NCBI GenBank assembly: GCA_049968255.1
Contig: JBMFRB010000001.1
Coordinates: forward strand, 96,001 to 160,000
Direction: 5' to 3'
Source of the DNA: Candidatus Sumerlaeaceae bacterium
GTDB taxonomy: Bacteria > Sumerlaeota > Sumerlaeia > Sumerlaeales > Sumerlaeaceae
DNA: 64,000 nucleotides
Under the pieces are notes generated by a model. It searched no databases, was not told where the DNA came from, and saw only the letters and a program-made list of their open reading frames with translations. Positions 1 through 9,612 of this stretch are shown here, in pieces; the first letter of the stretch is position 1, and every line of letters starts with the position of its first letter. The position numbers and the translations under genes are program-made.

Positions 1-3000
1 TTCCACGCATCTAAGTGCGAGGGGGCTGCCCGCGTAATGGCTTCAACGCATCCTATAGCTTCGGTATATTTTTTCTCAGCTACAAAGACCTCCGAAGCTA
101 ACCACCATTGCCGCACAGCTTCGTCGAGTTGCCCTAGCTCGGCAAGAGTCGCAGCCAAACGCTTGCGCACGTGGGCACGCTTGTCATCGAAAGCAAGGAC
201 GGTGAGAGCTGCCTCGCGAATACGAGCGGGGTTGCCTTCTTCAAGTTCGATTTCGAAAAGTCGCTGAGCGACGTCTGCGGCTTTCTTCGTTAATTTCACG
301 CTGGCACAACAGTCGAGCAGCATTTTCAGCGCTTCTTTGTCGTCTGGTCGTAGCGCAACAAGCTTGTCGAAGACCTCCACAGCGCGCGCAAAGTCAGAAT
401 TTTTTGCTGCCTGATATCCCAACGTGCGAAGTGCATGGACTTGCAGCCGCTCGTCGCCTGTCAGCTGGGCCATGGCTAGGAACTTTTCCCAGGCGGGTTC
501 ATAGTCAGGGTGGCGCTCAGCAAAGGATTTGAGAAATTCAGCTGCCGCCAGCGGCCCGTGCTGGTCTTTTTTCGTTTGCGCGATCTGGATCGCGCATTTC
601 AGTGCACGCCCGAGATCCTTGAGCTGCTCGGCGAGTTCCAATAGCGCCTGCAAAGCTTGCTCATTGTCCGGATCCACAACGCTGATCCGCTCATAAATGG
701 CGATGGCGCGGTCCGTGAATTTTAGCGTTTGGAGCATTTTCGCGAGCTCGAAAAGAGCCTTCACCGCCTCCTCGCCATTGCCAGCTTTGATAAGTTGCTC
801 GGCGAGCTTTTCGCGAAGCTCGATATTGCCGGGATCATACTGAAGATATTTTTTTATCCATTTAGCTGCCGCGGCAGGATCATTCTTTGCTAACGTGAGA
901 TCGACAAGTCGCTTGACCAGGTCAATGACATCCGGCTTGCGACGCTCGCGTTCGTAAAAGCTCACCAGAGTTTCCAGCGTTGGAATATCCTCGGGAAAAA
1001 CTTCCAAAACCTCGCGGTAGCAGTTTTCTTCCTCTGTGACTGCGCCGGCCTGAGCGAAGAGGCGCGCAGCTTGCAGCGATGCTTGCGCAGCCTTTGCCCC
1101 GTCGCCAAGTTTTCTGTGGATCTGGGCCGCGAGATACCAACTATCAGGGGCACTGCCCGCTAGTGAAAGGATCTTCTCGAGCACTAGTCGAGCGTCCTGG
1201 ACGCGCCCTTGTTCAATCAGCCAATCGAGGTAGATTCCGGCTAGAGCAACAAGAAATGCAGCTCCTGCCCTGTGGTTCACGCTTTCCAGGAGTTCGAACG
1301 CCGCGTCCATGGCTGCGAATTCAAGAAGTACCTTCCCCAGAACGAGGACACGTGTGCGGCTTCGCGCCACAAGGGCCGCGTCCAAGGCGCGCTTGGCAAG
1401 GTCATGCACAGCTATGTCGCCACCAGAAGCGCGGTAGAGCTTCGCGATCAAGGGAGCCGCAAGGGCTGCCGGATCGAGAGCCATAGCGCTCTCAAGTGCT
1501 TGCAGCGCAGTGCGCCATTCACCTACTGCAATGAGATCATCGGCGACCTGCGTGTAGCACTCGACGGCATGCTCTGTGTCGCCGGTGTTCGCCATGAGTT
1601 CTGCCAGTTTGAGGCTCAGCTCGGGGCTACGCGGCAGACTTTTGAGCTCGTCAATGGCCTCCTTGCGAATTTTGTTAGCATTTTTGCCAGTTGCAATTTC
1701 GCAAATACCAATGAGCTCAGCCGAGAGCTTTTGACGATCAGCTTGTTCGCGCCAAATGGCAGCCAATGCCTGGCGCACTTCGAGATTCTTCTGGGCAAGT
1801 CGTTTGGTTGTTTCGAGAATCCGTATGCGCTCATTTAGCCCGAGAGGTGCCCCGTGCTGCGCCAACCAATCGAGCGCACGCTTGGCGGCCACGTCCGCTG
1901 GCAGCATTTCCAGCAATTTGATAAGAAACTCGGTTTCCTGCGGTTCAAAGGCCAGAATGCGCTCGCACAAAGCAATGCGCTGATCGGTCTTGATCGCAGA
2001 AGAGTGCTCTGCATACTCGTATGCTTTTTTATAGGCTGAAAGGGCCTCGCGAGGCTGATTCGTTTTTTCGTACAGCTGGCCTAGCTTTTCCCAATCGAAG
2101 ACGTCGGCCACAGCAAGCTCGCAAACCTGTTTCTGCGCTACAAGCGCGCGATCCCAATGACCGGCCACCTCATAAAGGCGCGCCGTGTCGCGCCAGGAAC
2201 CGGCCGCGAAATCGATCTGCTTAGTGCGGAAATAGAGCTCTGCCAGTTCCTCGAACAATTCAGCATCATCGGGCGAAGGGGCAAGAGATGTTGCACGTCC
2301 GAAGAGTGGAATAGCGCGCAAGGGCTCATTAAGAGTATCGCGATAGTGACGCGCCACCTCCACGAACATCTGTTTCGCCTCGGCCTGAAATCCTTCTTTT
2401 TCGAGAAAATCTGCGAACTCCTCTCGAAGGGAAACTTCGTTGGGATAGCACTGGAGCAGCTCTTTGTAGAGCTCGACCGTAGCCTCGGCCTTGCCGGTGC
2501 GCTTATATGCTTCGAGAAGCTGTTCGTACAGGGGTAGCGCCGCTTGCGCACCGCGAGTGCGGTAAGTAGTCTCTGCGCGCTCTCGCAGAATTTGGAAATC
2601 CTCAGGGCGAATCTGTGCTAGCTGATCGAGCCATAAGAGGGCCTGATCTTCATCCCCTCTCGCGCGGGCGAGGTCAACCATCCGGCTTGCCACTTCTGCC
2701 GCTTGCTCAGCTCTGCCGTTGGCTAGCAGGAGCTTCAGCAGTTTTTCTTTTATGGCAATTTCTTCTGGCGCAAGGTTTTCAGCGCGGACCAATTTTTCAA
2801 GCGCAGCCTCAGGCGCCCCGGTTGCGGCGTAGTAGTCCGCCAACACTTGGAGATAGTGCACCGCAGCCTGAGCGTCGCCGCGCCGCTCGGCAACTACAGC
2901 GGCGGCTTCGAGCGCTTCCTGCGACTGTGGTTCGAGCTCTAACCATTTCGCAGCATAATGCTCGGCTGAATCTACTTTGCCTTCGCTCAGGGCAGCCGCC

Positions 3001-5675
3001 ACCTGTTCGCGGTAGAAAGAGATCAGAATGTCCAGCTGGCCCAATTGCGCAAGCTGAAGAGCCAGCTGCTCGATTCTTTCTAAGTCACCGCGCCGATGCG
3101 CAATCCTCACGCCGATCCGCAGGAGTCTTTCCTCGCGAGGCTGAAACTCCAAAGCCCTTGCGAAGGCCTTTTCAGCCAGCTCAGGGTCATCTTCGTCGAG
3201 AGCGCGTGTCGCAATTTCCTCATAGAGGTGGAGTGCCTCATCTTTCTCGCCCAGAAGTATGAGAACATCCGCCAACCCCAAACGCAGGTCGGGATCGTCG
3301 GGGGAAAGGCGAATCATTTGTTCGAGGATCCCGCGCTGCTGCGGCAAGTCCGCTTGCTGGCGCGCTGCTTGCAAAATCACTCGCAGCTCAGCCAGGGCAT
3401 CGGACGTTCGGCCTAACTGTTCGAGAGCAACGACAAGCTTTCGTCGGATTTCCAGTTCGTCGGGCCACTTTTCCAGGTAACGCCGAAATTCCTCTACGAG
3501 CTCGGCGTGGTTTCCACGTTTTTCTAGAAGCGCCAAGTAATCGCGATGCGCGGCTCGGGCTAGCTCTGGATCATCCAGGCGCTCGAGGATGTTTGCGCGC
3601 CGTTTGATAACATCCTCGCGCTCGGGCTCGATTTCGAGAGCCATGGCTAAATGGGCAAGAGCTTTGCGCAGATTACCGCTTTGTTCTGCAAGGTCAGCCA
3701 CACGCAAATGTGTCGCCAGGAGTTCTGCACGATTGCCTGCGCGCTGGTACCATACGGCGCTTTCTTCGAGAAGCTCAACATCATCCGGCAAGGCGGCAAC
3801 GCTCTTTGACAGCAGTTCTGCCATAGGAGCCGCGTCCTCTTGAGGCCAAACCGCAGCAAGGGCTTTGGCAAGTGAGCGAACCGACGTGAGGGACGTTGTG
3901 GCGAGAGCGATCTCGAGGAAATTTCGCAACAAGATGGGATCTTCGGGCGGATGTGCCGCAATGCGTGGCAGGAGCCGTTGCGCAAATTTGTCGCGGTCCT
4001 CGCGTTGCGCCTCATTGAGCAACTCCAGGCTTACCTGGGTAGCCAAGCGCGTCAGGTCTGATTCCCACAGTAGCTCTGCATATCGGAGTTTAGCCTGTGT
4101 GTCCGCGGGGTTGAGTTCCAAATAGCTCTGATAACAGGCCACTGCGCCAGCCGTGTCATCAATATCGTCGCATTCCTGCGCAGCCTCGAGGTAAAGGCGG
4201 GCCGCTGATTGCGCGCAGCCATGTTTTGCAAGAAGCGGCGCTAGTTCGAGGCGCGTTGCCGTGAGAGGTCGGATCTCGAGCGCCTGAAGCACCGCGCGCT
4301 CGCCGCCCTCCTTATCGCCCAAGGCAAAAAGAAAATCCGCGAGACTACATAGCTCTTCGAACGCCTGATCGAATTGCTCTGCCTGGCGCAAAAATGCGAT
4401 GAGATCCCAACGAAGCTCGACGCTCTCCGGCTCGTTGAAGCGTGCCTGACCGAGCAACTCGATGGCACGTTCGAGCTCTCCACGCTGGCGGGCCAAATGT
4501 GCGGCCTCCCAAAACTCTCGCGCTGCTTCCGGACCGTTTGCTTGCTCTTGCCAGATTAGGCCAAGCCACTCGTGCACTTCGGGCGAGTCGGGTTCAACGT
4601 CGAGCCAACGACGCGCTGCCTGCTGGGCTTCGAAAAACATGGTGTTTTCAATATAGAGCAGGACAAGTTCATGGAGCGCGGCCCGGGCTTGCTCGCGCTT
4701 GCCAAGTGCCACGAGCGAATCCACGTAGACAGATTGTACGCCGGCTTCGGGCCTGCGAATCGCAGCAGCTTTTTCGACAACGCGCACCACATCCGCATGC
4801 TGGCCTTGTTTCGCGTAATGAAAGGCAAGATTGTTAAGCGTGGAAATGGCGCGATCAAATTCTCGCCGCGCTAAGTGGATCTCAGCGAGTTTTTCCAGGT
4901 ATTCAAATTTATCGGGAAAGAGCGAGGAAAGCTTTTCATATACTCCAACGTTCTCTGCCTGTCGGCCCGATGCTTCACGGCGCGAGGCCAACTCAAGTAG
5001 GAGTGTTTCCGCCCGCTCGCGATTCCCCTGAAGTTCAGCGCTATGCACCTTCAGGAGCAGAAGGTCCTCATTTTCCGGAAAATCCATCGACGCGCGCTCG
5101 AGCACACGGTCCGCATCCTCGTACTTGCTCTGCCCGAGATAGTTCTCGGCAACTGCGATAAATTCGTCGCACGCTTGAGCCGACTCGCCTTTTGCGGCTA
5201 AAATATTTGCGAGGAGCAAACGTGCTTCCAAAAGGTCCGGACGAAATTTGATTGCTTCGCGTGCTGCAGCTTCAGCCTTCGCGTGATCGTAATCCACGAA
5301 AGCACGCTCCGCTTCGTCGAGAAAAGACAGAGCGACCTGGTCGAGTTGCGATGTATCTATTTCGAGCTGAAAAAGTCGAACAAGCTCGGTTGCCGCGGCC
5401 AATGGTGGAATTTCGCGGACATACGCGTAGAGTTCCACCAATGATCCGCCCTGATAGCCGGCGCATGTCTTTGTTGTGCACTTGAAGGTTTTCTTCTTTG
5501 CGTCGATGAGCAGCGAGCGAAACCGCGTGTCCTTGTGAATGGGACAGAAGGCTTTGACCGAGGCTCCAACGACCTGGATCTTGTCAGCAGCAAACCCGAT
5601 CTGCTCCAGCAAAGCGACGGGATCCAGCTGTTCGTTGACCTGCTCGATGAGACCTGTCGCTGCCTGAACGTTCAT
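1..5675 (-). CDS. Giant TPR-repeat protein with N-terminal CHC2-like (DnaG primase-type) zinc finger; 3'-partial, runs off the window
   Basis: Manual translation from the ATG at 5675 (RBS AAGGAG upstream) gives MNVQAATGLIEQVNEQLDPVALLEQIG...FCPIHKDTRFRSLLIDAKKKTFKCTTKTCAGYQGGSLVEL, followed by helical TPR-like repeats. The same frame still reads TPR-like (KYTEAIGCVEAITRAAPSHLDAW) at the window edge. It is absent from the ORF track, consistent with no in-frame stop inside the window. Confidence 0.85.
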   Translation of the reverse strand, partial: MNVQAATGLIEQVNEQLDPVALLEQIGFAADKIQVVGASVKAFCPIHKDTRFRSLLIDAKKKTFKCTTKTCAGYQGGSLVELYAYVREIPPLAAATELVRLFQLEIDTSQLDQVALSFLDEAERAFVDYDHAKAEAAAREAIKFRPDLLEARLLLANILAAKGESAQACDEFIAVAENYLGQSKYEDADRVLERASMDFPENEDLLLLKVHSAELQGNRERAETLLLELASRREASGRQAENVGVYEKLSSLFPDKFEYLEKLAEIHLARREFDRAISTLNNLAFHYAKQGQHADVVRVVEKAAAIRRPEAGVQSVYVDSLVALGKREQARAALHELVLLYIENTMFFEAQQAARRWLDVEPDSPEVHEWLGLIWQEQANGPEAAREFWEAAHLARQRGELERAIELLGQARFNEPESVELRWDLIAFLRQAEQFDQAFEELCSLADFLFALGDKEGGERAVLQALEIRPLTATRLELAPLLAKHGCAQSAARLYLEAAQECDDIDDTAGAVACYQSYLELNPADTQAKLRYAELLWESDLTRLATQVSLELLNEAQREDRDKFAQRLLPRIAAHPPEDPILLRNFLEIALATTSLTSVRSLAKALAAVWPQEDAAPMAELLSKSVAALPDDVELLEESAVWYQRAGNRAELLATHLRVADLAEQSGNLRKALAHLAMALEIEPEREDVIKRRANILERLDDPELARAAHRDYLALLEKRGNHAELVEEFRRYLEKWPDELEIRRKLVVALEQLGRTSDALAELRVILQAARQQADLPQQRGILEQMIRLSPDDPDLRLGLADVLILLGEKDEALHLYEEIATRALDEDDPELAEKAFARALEFQPREERLLRIGVRIAHRRGDLERIEQLALQLAQLGQLDILISFYREQVAAALSEGKVDSAEHYAAKWLELEPQSQEALEAAAVVAERRGDAQAAVHYLQVLADYYAATGAPEAALEKLVRAENLAPEEIAIKEKLLKLLLANGRAEQAAEVASRMVDLARARGDEDQALLWLDQLAQIRPEDFQILRERAETTYRTRGAQAALPLYEQLLEAYKRTGKAEATVELYKELLQCYPNEVSLREEFADFLEKEGFQAEAKQMFVEVARHYRDTLNEPLRAIPLFGRATSLAPSPDDAELFEELAELYFRTKQIDFAAGSWRDTARLYEVAGHWDRALVAQKQVCELAVADVFDWEKLGQLYEKTNQPREALSAYKKAYEYAEHSSAIKTDQRIALCERILAFEPQETEFLIKLLEMLPADVAAKRALDWLAQHGAPLGLNERIRILETTKRLAQKNLEVRQALAAIWREQADRQKLSAELIGICEIATGKNANKIRKEAIDELKSLPRSPELSLKLAELMANTGDTEHAVECYTQVADDLIAVGEWRTALQALESAMALDPAALAAPLIAKLYRASGGDIAVHDLAKRALDAALVARSRTRVLVLGKVLLEFAAMDAAFELLESVNHRAGAAFLVALAGIYLDWLIEQGRVQDARLVLEKILSLAGSAPDSWYLAAQIHRKLGDGAKAAQASLQAARLFAQAGAVTEEENCYREVLEVFPEDIPTLETLVSFYERERRKPDVIDLVKRLVDLTLAKNDPAAAAKWIKKYLQYDPGNIELREKLAEQLIKAGNGEEAVKALFELAKMLQTLKFTDRAIAIYERISVVDPDNEQALQALLELAEQLKDLGRALKCAIQIAQTKKDQHGPLAAAEFLKSFAERHPDYEPAWEKFLAMAQLTGDERLQVHALRTLGYQAAKNSDFARAVEVFDKLVALRPDDKEALKMLLDCCASVKLTKKAADVAQRLFEIELEEGNPARIREAALTVLAFDDKRAHVRKRLAATLAELGQLDEAVRQWWLASEVFVAEKKYTEAIGCVEAITRAAPSHLDAW

Positions 5676-5755
5676 GGGCTCCTTCTGTTATATCTTAGCG
5701 TCGCCACTGGGGCCACAATGCTTCGTCAAAACGCGCGTCGCCGAACTTGCAGCTC

Positions 5756-8452
5756 TCACGCCTGATAGACTTTAATGTTATCGAGATACAGCACACCAGT
5801 CGTGGCAAGATTGTCGCGGATCGACAACGTGTTGACGTAGCCATAATTGGAGGCCAGCTTCGCGTCGCGAATGACTTCCTGGCCGTCTACGTAGGCGGTC
5901 ACAGTCCCCGCCAGAAGGTTGAGCTCATACTTGACATGACGCCAAGTGCCCAGATCGTAAGGCAGCGGTTCGCCTTGCACGCGCAAGGTTGGCTGCGAGC
6001 GCGAATCGAGTCGATGGATAATCGTGTGGACCGATTGCTTGAAATCTTCGTCTTTTTCGATGTAAAAGCCAAGCAAGTACTTATTTTTCTCGTCGCAACG
6101 GATGTCGAATTCGACGACCACCAAGCCTGTGGCTTTCGGGAAATGACAAACGTAATGTGCGCTTCCCGACCCAGTGCGCTTCTCGAATTTGAGACACCCT
6201 TTCGAGCCAGGTGCGGGGGAACTTGAATCCACGGTAAGGCTGGCGTAGTCGTATTCGCCTTGCCATCCCCGCGGTTGTGCACCTGGCTCCTCGTCGTCAA
6301 ACGTTTGTTCGAAAATGATTTTCTTGCCTTCGGTGCCAGCAGGGCCAGACGCTGCTGGTCCAACAGCGGGCAGTTTGGTCGTGGGCTCGAAGGCCGGCGC
6401 TGACTCAGCAGGAGAAACTTGCGACGGAGAGGACTCCACCTGACGACTCTCCATCCCTGCAGAGCTTGCTTGCGACGGAATCTCGGTTGTCTCATCGTTG
6501 AGTGAGAGGCGTGGCATGGGCGCTTCGGCAACGGGGGGTGTAGTCGGTTGGGACTGCTCCTTGGGTTCTGCGCCGATTAGCACGTCAAGATTCACACTCG
6601 AAAGAGCATCGAGATTCAGCGGTGATGGCTCGTTTTCGCCGCGCGGAGGTGCCGTTTGGGTTTCTTCGAGTCCTGGCAAAGGAACCTCGAGATCTGGCAG
6701 CTTTAGTTCGGCTTCAGCCTCACCGGCCTTGGCCGAAGCCGGCGAAGCAGTTGTGCCGCTCCCGATGAGATCGTTTAGCACAAGCACGTCAGCTTCTCCG
6801 GCCGGTCGCTCCTGCTGAATGACTTCGCCTTCCGCCACCTCGGGCTTGAAAATCTCAGGCGCCGAGGTCTTCGCCGGTTCTTCTTCAGGCTCAGGCTGAG
6901 CTGTCGCCACCTGCTGCAAAATCGAACTTCCCAATGCGCCAGCACCCGCAAGCGCACTAGGGACGCTGCTGAGCGCGGGAGCGGGCGGAGCTTCGGGTTT
7001 GCGTTCAGCTGCGCGTTTGGGTTTCTCGGGAGCTGCTTTTGTCTCCTCGACCTTTTTCACCGCTGCTGCCCCCGACGGTGCGGACGCGCCTTCAGCAGCA
7101 AGGTGCTGTACTTCTTCCAGAATTTTCCGCTCGCGGCGAGTGGTGACAATAACGTAACCCGCCAGTGCCAGAACGCTGAGGACGAGCACCCCTCCCCCCA
7201 CATAGAACAACATGATTTGCTTACCTGCGGCACCGCCTGCTCCTGGCACTGGGGCAGGTTTTTGAAGCTTATCGTTGACCTCGCGCAGGAGTTTCTGCGC
7301 CTCAGGGTTTGCAGGATCAATGGTCTTGATGGAGATGAGCGCAACACGCGCATCTTCGAGACGATTCGCTGCGATGGAGGCCTTGGCCTCGTTGAGCAAC
7401 TGCTGGATGCGCTTACGTTCTTCGGTTTTCTGGCCTTCAGCAGAGGGACCGGCCCTAAGCGTGTTGAGCTGAGCAATGTAGAAAGCCAACGACGGATCGT
7501 TCGGATCAATGGACCGCAGTTCTTCGAGTGCGGCCTCGGCGGCTTGCAAATTCTTTGCAAGAAGCGCATTATTGAATTTTTCCTGAATGGGGCGGACTTT
7601 GCGCAGGCGCTCGCGGTTAGCCTGTTCGTTTGTGGTGACGAGCTTGACGACGTTTGCGACCTCACTGCGGAGCTTCTTCAGGTCTTCGCGCAATTGCACA
7701 ATTTCGTCTGCTGAAGCCAGGCCCGCGCTGGCACGCTCCCGCATGCGGATAAGTTCTTTCGCTTTTTCCTGTTCTTCGGGCGTAAGTTTCTGGGCTTCTG
7801 CCGGCAATGCTACCTCACGGCTTTCCACCGCCGCACGCGATGTGGGCGCTGTCTCACGCGTCTCGATTGTCTTGGCGAACGAATAACCATCGTTGCGCAA
7901 CTGATTGAGGAGTTTTTCCGCGTCGCGCTCTGTGGGGAATGCACCGATGACAACCTTGTACACGCCGCCGTCCTCGATAATGTCCACACCGGCATAGTCA
8001 TCGCTCAGAAGGGTTTGCTGAAGTCCTTCGGCCTGCCGCCGGTCCGGAAACTCGCCCACAGCAACGCGGTAGACACGGCCGGCCTCCGCACGGCTCACAA
8101 CTTTTTCCGTGGCGGATTCCGCCTGCACAATGCCCTCGGGTTGATAGCCAGATTCTTGAAGATCTTTGATGAGGGCATTTGCTTGGGCTTCGCTTTCGAG
8201 AGGGCCAATGAGGACACTATAGTTACCCTGCGCATCGACGGCCAACTCGATGGATGCGCCGGAACCATATCCGTCCGCCTGCAAATAGCGTTGGAGCTGG
8301 GTCGCATCCTTCTCTTTGAGATTCGAAGCTACGCGTACTTTGACTTCGCCTGCCCCCCCGCCAGGAACACCTTCGCTTTTGGGAGCGGCAAACAGGGCGG
8401 TAACAAACAACGCGACTATTCCTAGAACTTGAGCTCGAAGAAGCGGCTTCAA
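5756..8452 (-). CDS. SPOR-domain membrane protein: signal peptide, two SPOR-like domains, TPR/coiled coil, TM helix, acidic Pro/Ala linker, C-terminal beta-rich domain
   Basis: 898-aa ORF. SPOR-like segments (YSVLIGPLESEAQANALIKDLQESGY; YRVAVGEFPDRRQAEGLQQTL...YKVVIGAFPTERDAEKLLNQLRNDGY) and a TM helix (IMLFYVGGGVLVLSVLALAGYVIV). Confidence 0.75.
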   Translation of the reverse strand: MKPLLRAQVLGIVALFVTALFAAPKSEGVPGGGAGEVKVRVASNLKEKDATQLQRYLQADGYGSGASIELAVDAQGNYSVLIGPLESEAQANALIKDLQESGYQPEGIVQAESATEKVVSRAEAGRVYRVAVGEFPDRRQAEGLQQTLLSDDYAGVDIIEDGGVYKVVIGAFPTERDAEKLLNQLRNDGYSFAKTIETRETAPTSRAAVESREVALPAEAQKLTPEEQEKAKELIRMRERASAGLASADEIVQLREDLKKLRSEVANVVKLVTTNEQANRERLRKVRPIQEKFNNALLAKNLQAAEAALEELRSIDPNDPSLAFYIAQLNTLRAGPSAEGQKTEERKRIQQLLNEAKASIAANRLEDARVALISIKTIDPANPEAQKLLREVNDKLQKPAPVPGAGGAAGKQIMLFYVGGGVLVLSVLALAGYVIVTTRRERKILEEVQHLAAEGASAPSGAAAVKKVEETKAAPEKPKRAAERKPEAPPAPALSSVPSALAGAGALGSSILQQVATAQPEPEEEPAKTSAPEIFKPEVAEGEVIQQERPAGEADVLVLNDLIGSGTTASPASAKAGEAEAELKLPDLEVPLPGLEETQTAPPRGENEPSPLNLDALSSVNLDVLIGAEPKEQSQPTTPPVAEAPMPRLSLNDETTEIPSQASSAGMESRQVESSPSQVSPAESAPAFEPTTKLPAVGPAASGPAGTEGKKIIFEQTFDDEEPGAQPRGWQGEYDYASLTVDSSSPAPGSKGCLKFEKRTGSGSAHYVCHFPKATGLVVVEFDIRCDEKNKYLLGFYIEKDEDFKQSVHTIIHRLDSRSQPTLRVQGEPLPYDLGTWRHVKYELNLLAGTVTAYVDGQEVIRDAKLASNYGYVNTLSIRDNLATTGVLYLDNIKVYQA

Positions 8453-8664
8453 TGTCCCTCTCTCCTTAATAATTCAGCATTTACCCGCGGAAGGCGGCCC
8501 TTTCACGTTTTAGGCTCTTGAGCTAAACCATACGTGTCGCTGGTGCGAGGTCAACCATGAACCTACCGTCAAGCGCACCTTTGACGTCTGCTGGCTACAC
8601 CGTCACTAGAGCGCTGTAAACGAGAGCGCGTGTCCACAAAAAATTTCAAAATCTGTCCGTCAGC

Positions 8665-9504
8665 TCAGCGCTGATAAGCGACAGCTGCGTAGCCAACAAC
8701 GTAGTCTTCGCTCAGAGGGTGTGCCTCATAGCTGGTGGTGAGCGAAAGAACGGTGCCTCGCGTAGCTCCCAGGGTGCGAGCCATGAGCATCGCCGTGGTG
8801 ATAGGTCCAGCACCACATGCCATATACTCCCCGCTCTCAACGCCGGATGAAAATTCTATCGGTTCCAGCGCCGCGATCGCCCTCGCTGTGTGTTCACTCT
8901 CGCGATAAGCACGCTCGGCTCCTGGCCCATGATAAAGGTCCGAACTTGCCACGATGATCGTGGACTTGGGAAGCTTTTCCATGACGTTGAGCAGTGCCGT
9001 GGCTACCCGCTTGCAGTTCGAAAGCGAACGGTCGTAAATCACCACCGGCACTAGTTCGAAGTTCCTCAGTACATACTGGAGGAAGGGCAACTGCACTTCG
9101 AGTGAATGTTCGCGCCGCTCTGCGTCGGGATAGAAATCAAAGATATGGTGGTTCTCCAAAAGTTCAGCGACAAACTGGCGATCGAGCGGCACATTGCCGA
9201 ATGGCGTGGCAAAAGCCCTGCCGGGAAATACGCTCGCGCCGGGAAACGCAGCATAATGGCTGGGTGCTAACACAATAGCGCGTTCTATTGCGCGCTCTTC
9301 CAACAGCTTATAAGCGTGAGCCGCAGTCAGGCCACTGTAAATATATCCGGCGTGAGGCGACACGAGCGCGATAGGATCGATCTCGCGCGGCACCACGGCC
9401 GCACCAAAGAAACGATCGAGGAGCTGGCGCAACTCTGACGGATCAGAAGGGTAAAACCCGTAGTGCCCCGCGTTCACTGCAGGCCGAACTTCTGTGGTCC
9501 ACAT
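8665..9504 (-). CDS. AmmeMemoRadiSAM system protein B (MEMO1 family), cytoplasmic copy
   Basis: Motifs RPAVNAG..FYP, SPHAGYIYSG, EHSLEVQLPFLQ, VASSDLYH, ACG, VVGYAAV. Confidence 0.9.
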   Translation of the reverse strand: MWTTEVRPAVNAGHYGFYPSDPSELRQLLDRFFGAAVVPREIDPIALVSPHAGYIYSGLTAAHAYKLLEERAIERAIVLAPSHYAAFPGASVFPGRAFATPFGNVPLDRQFVAELLENHHIFDFYPDAERREHSLEVQLPFLQYVLRNFELVPVVIYDRSLSNCKRVATALLNVMEKLPKSTIIVASSDLYHGPGAERAYRESEHTARAIAALEPIEFSSGVESGEYMACGAGPITTAMLMARTLGATRGTVLSLTTSYEAHPLSEDYVVGYAAVAYQR

Positions 9505-9612
9505 CGTGGCACCTCCGTGCGCTCGTGCTGTCTCTTCCTAGTAATTACCGCGGGAACAGTTTTTTTTGCAATCAGGAATAACAGCACTTGCCCGTAAAAG
9601 GCCAGAGGACGC

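Noticed and set aside
37-5765. The many short ORFs listed in the track across 1-5.7 kb
   Set aside because: They are shadows of the single long minus-strand TPR gene that the track omits because it lacks a stop in the window.
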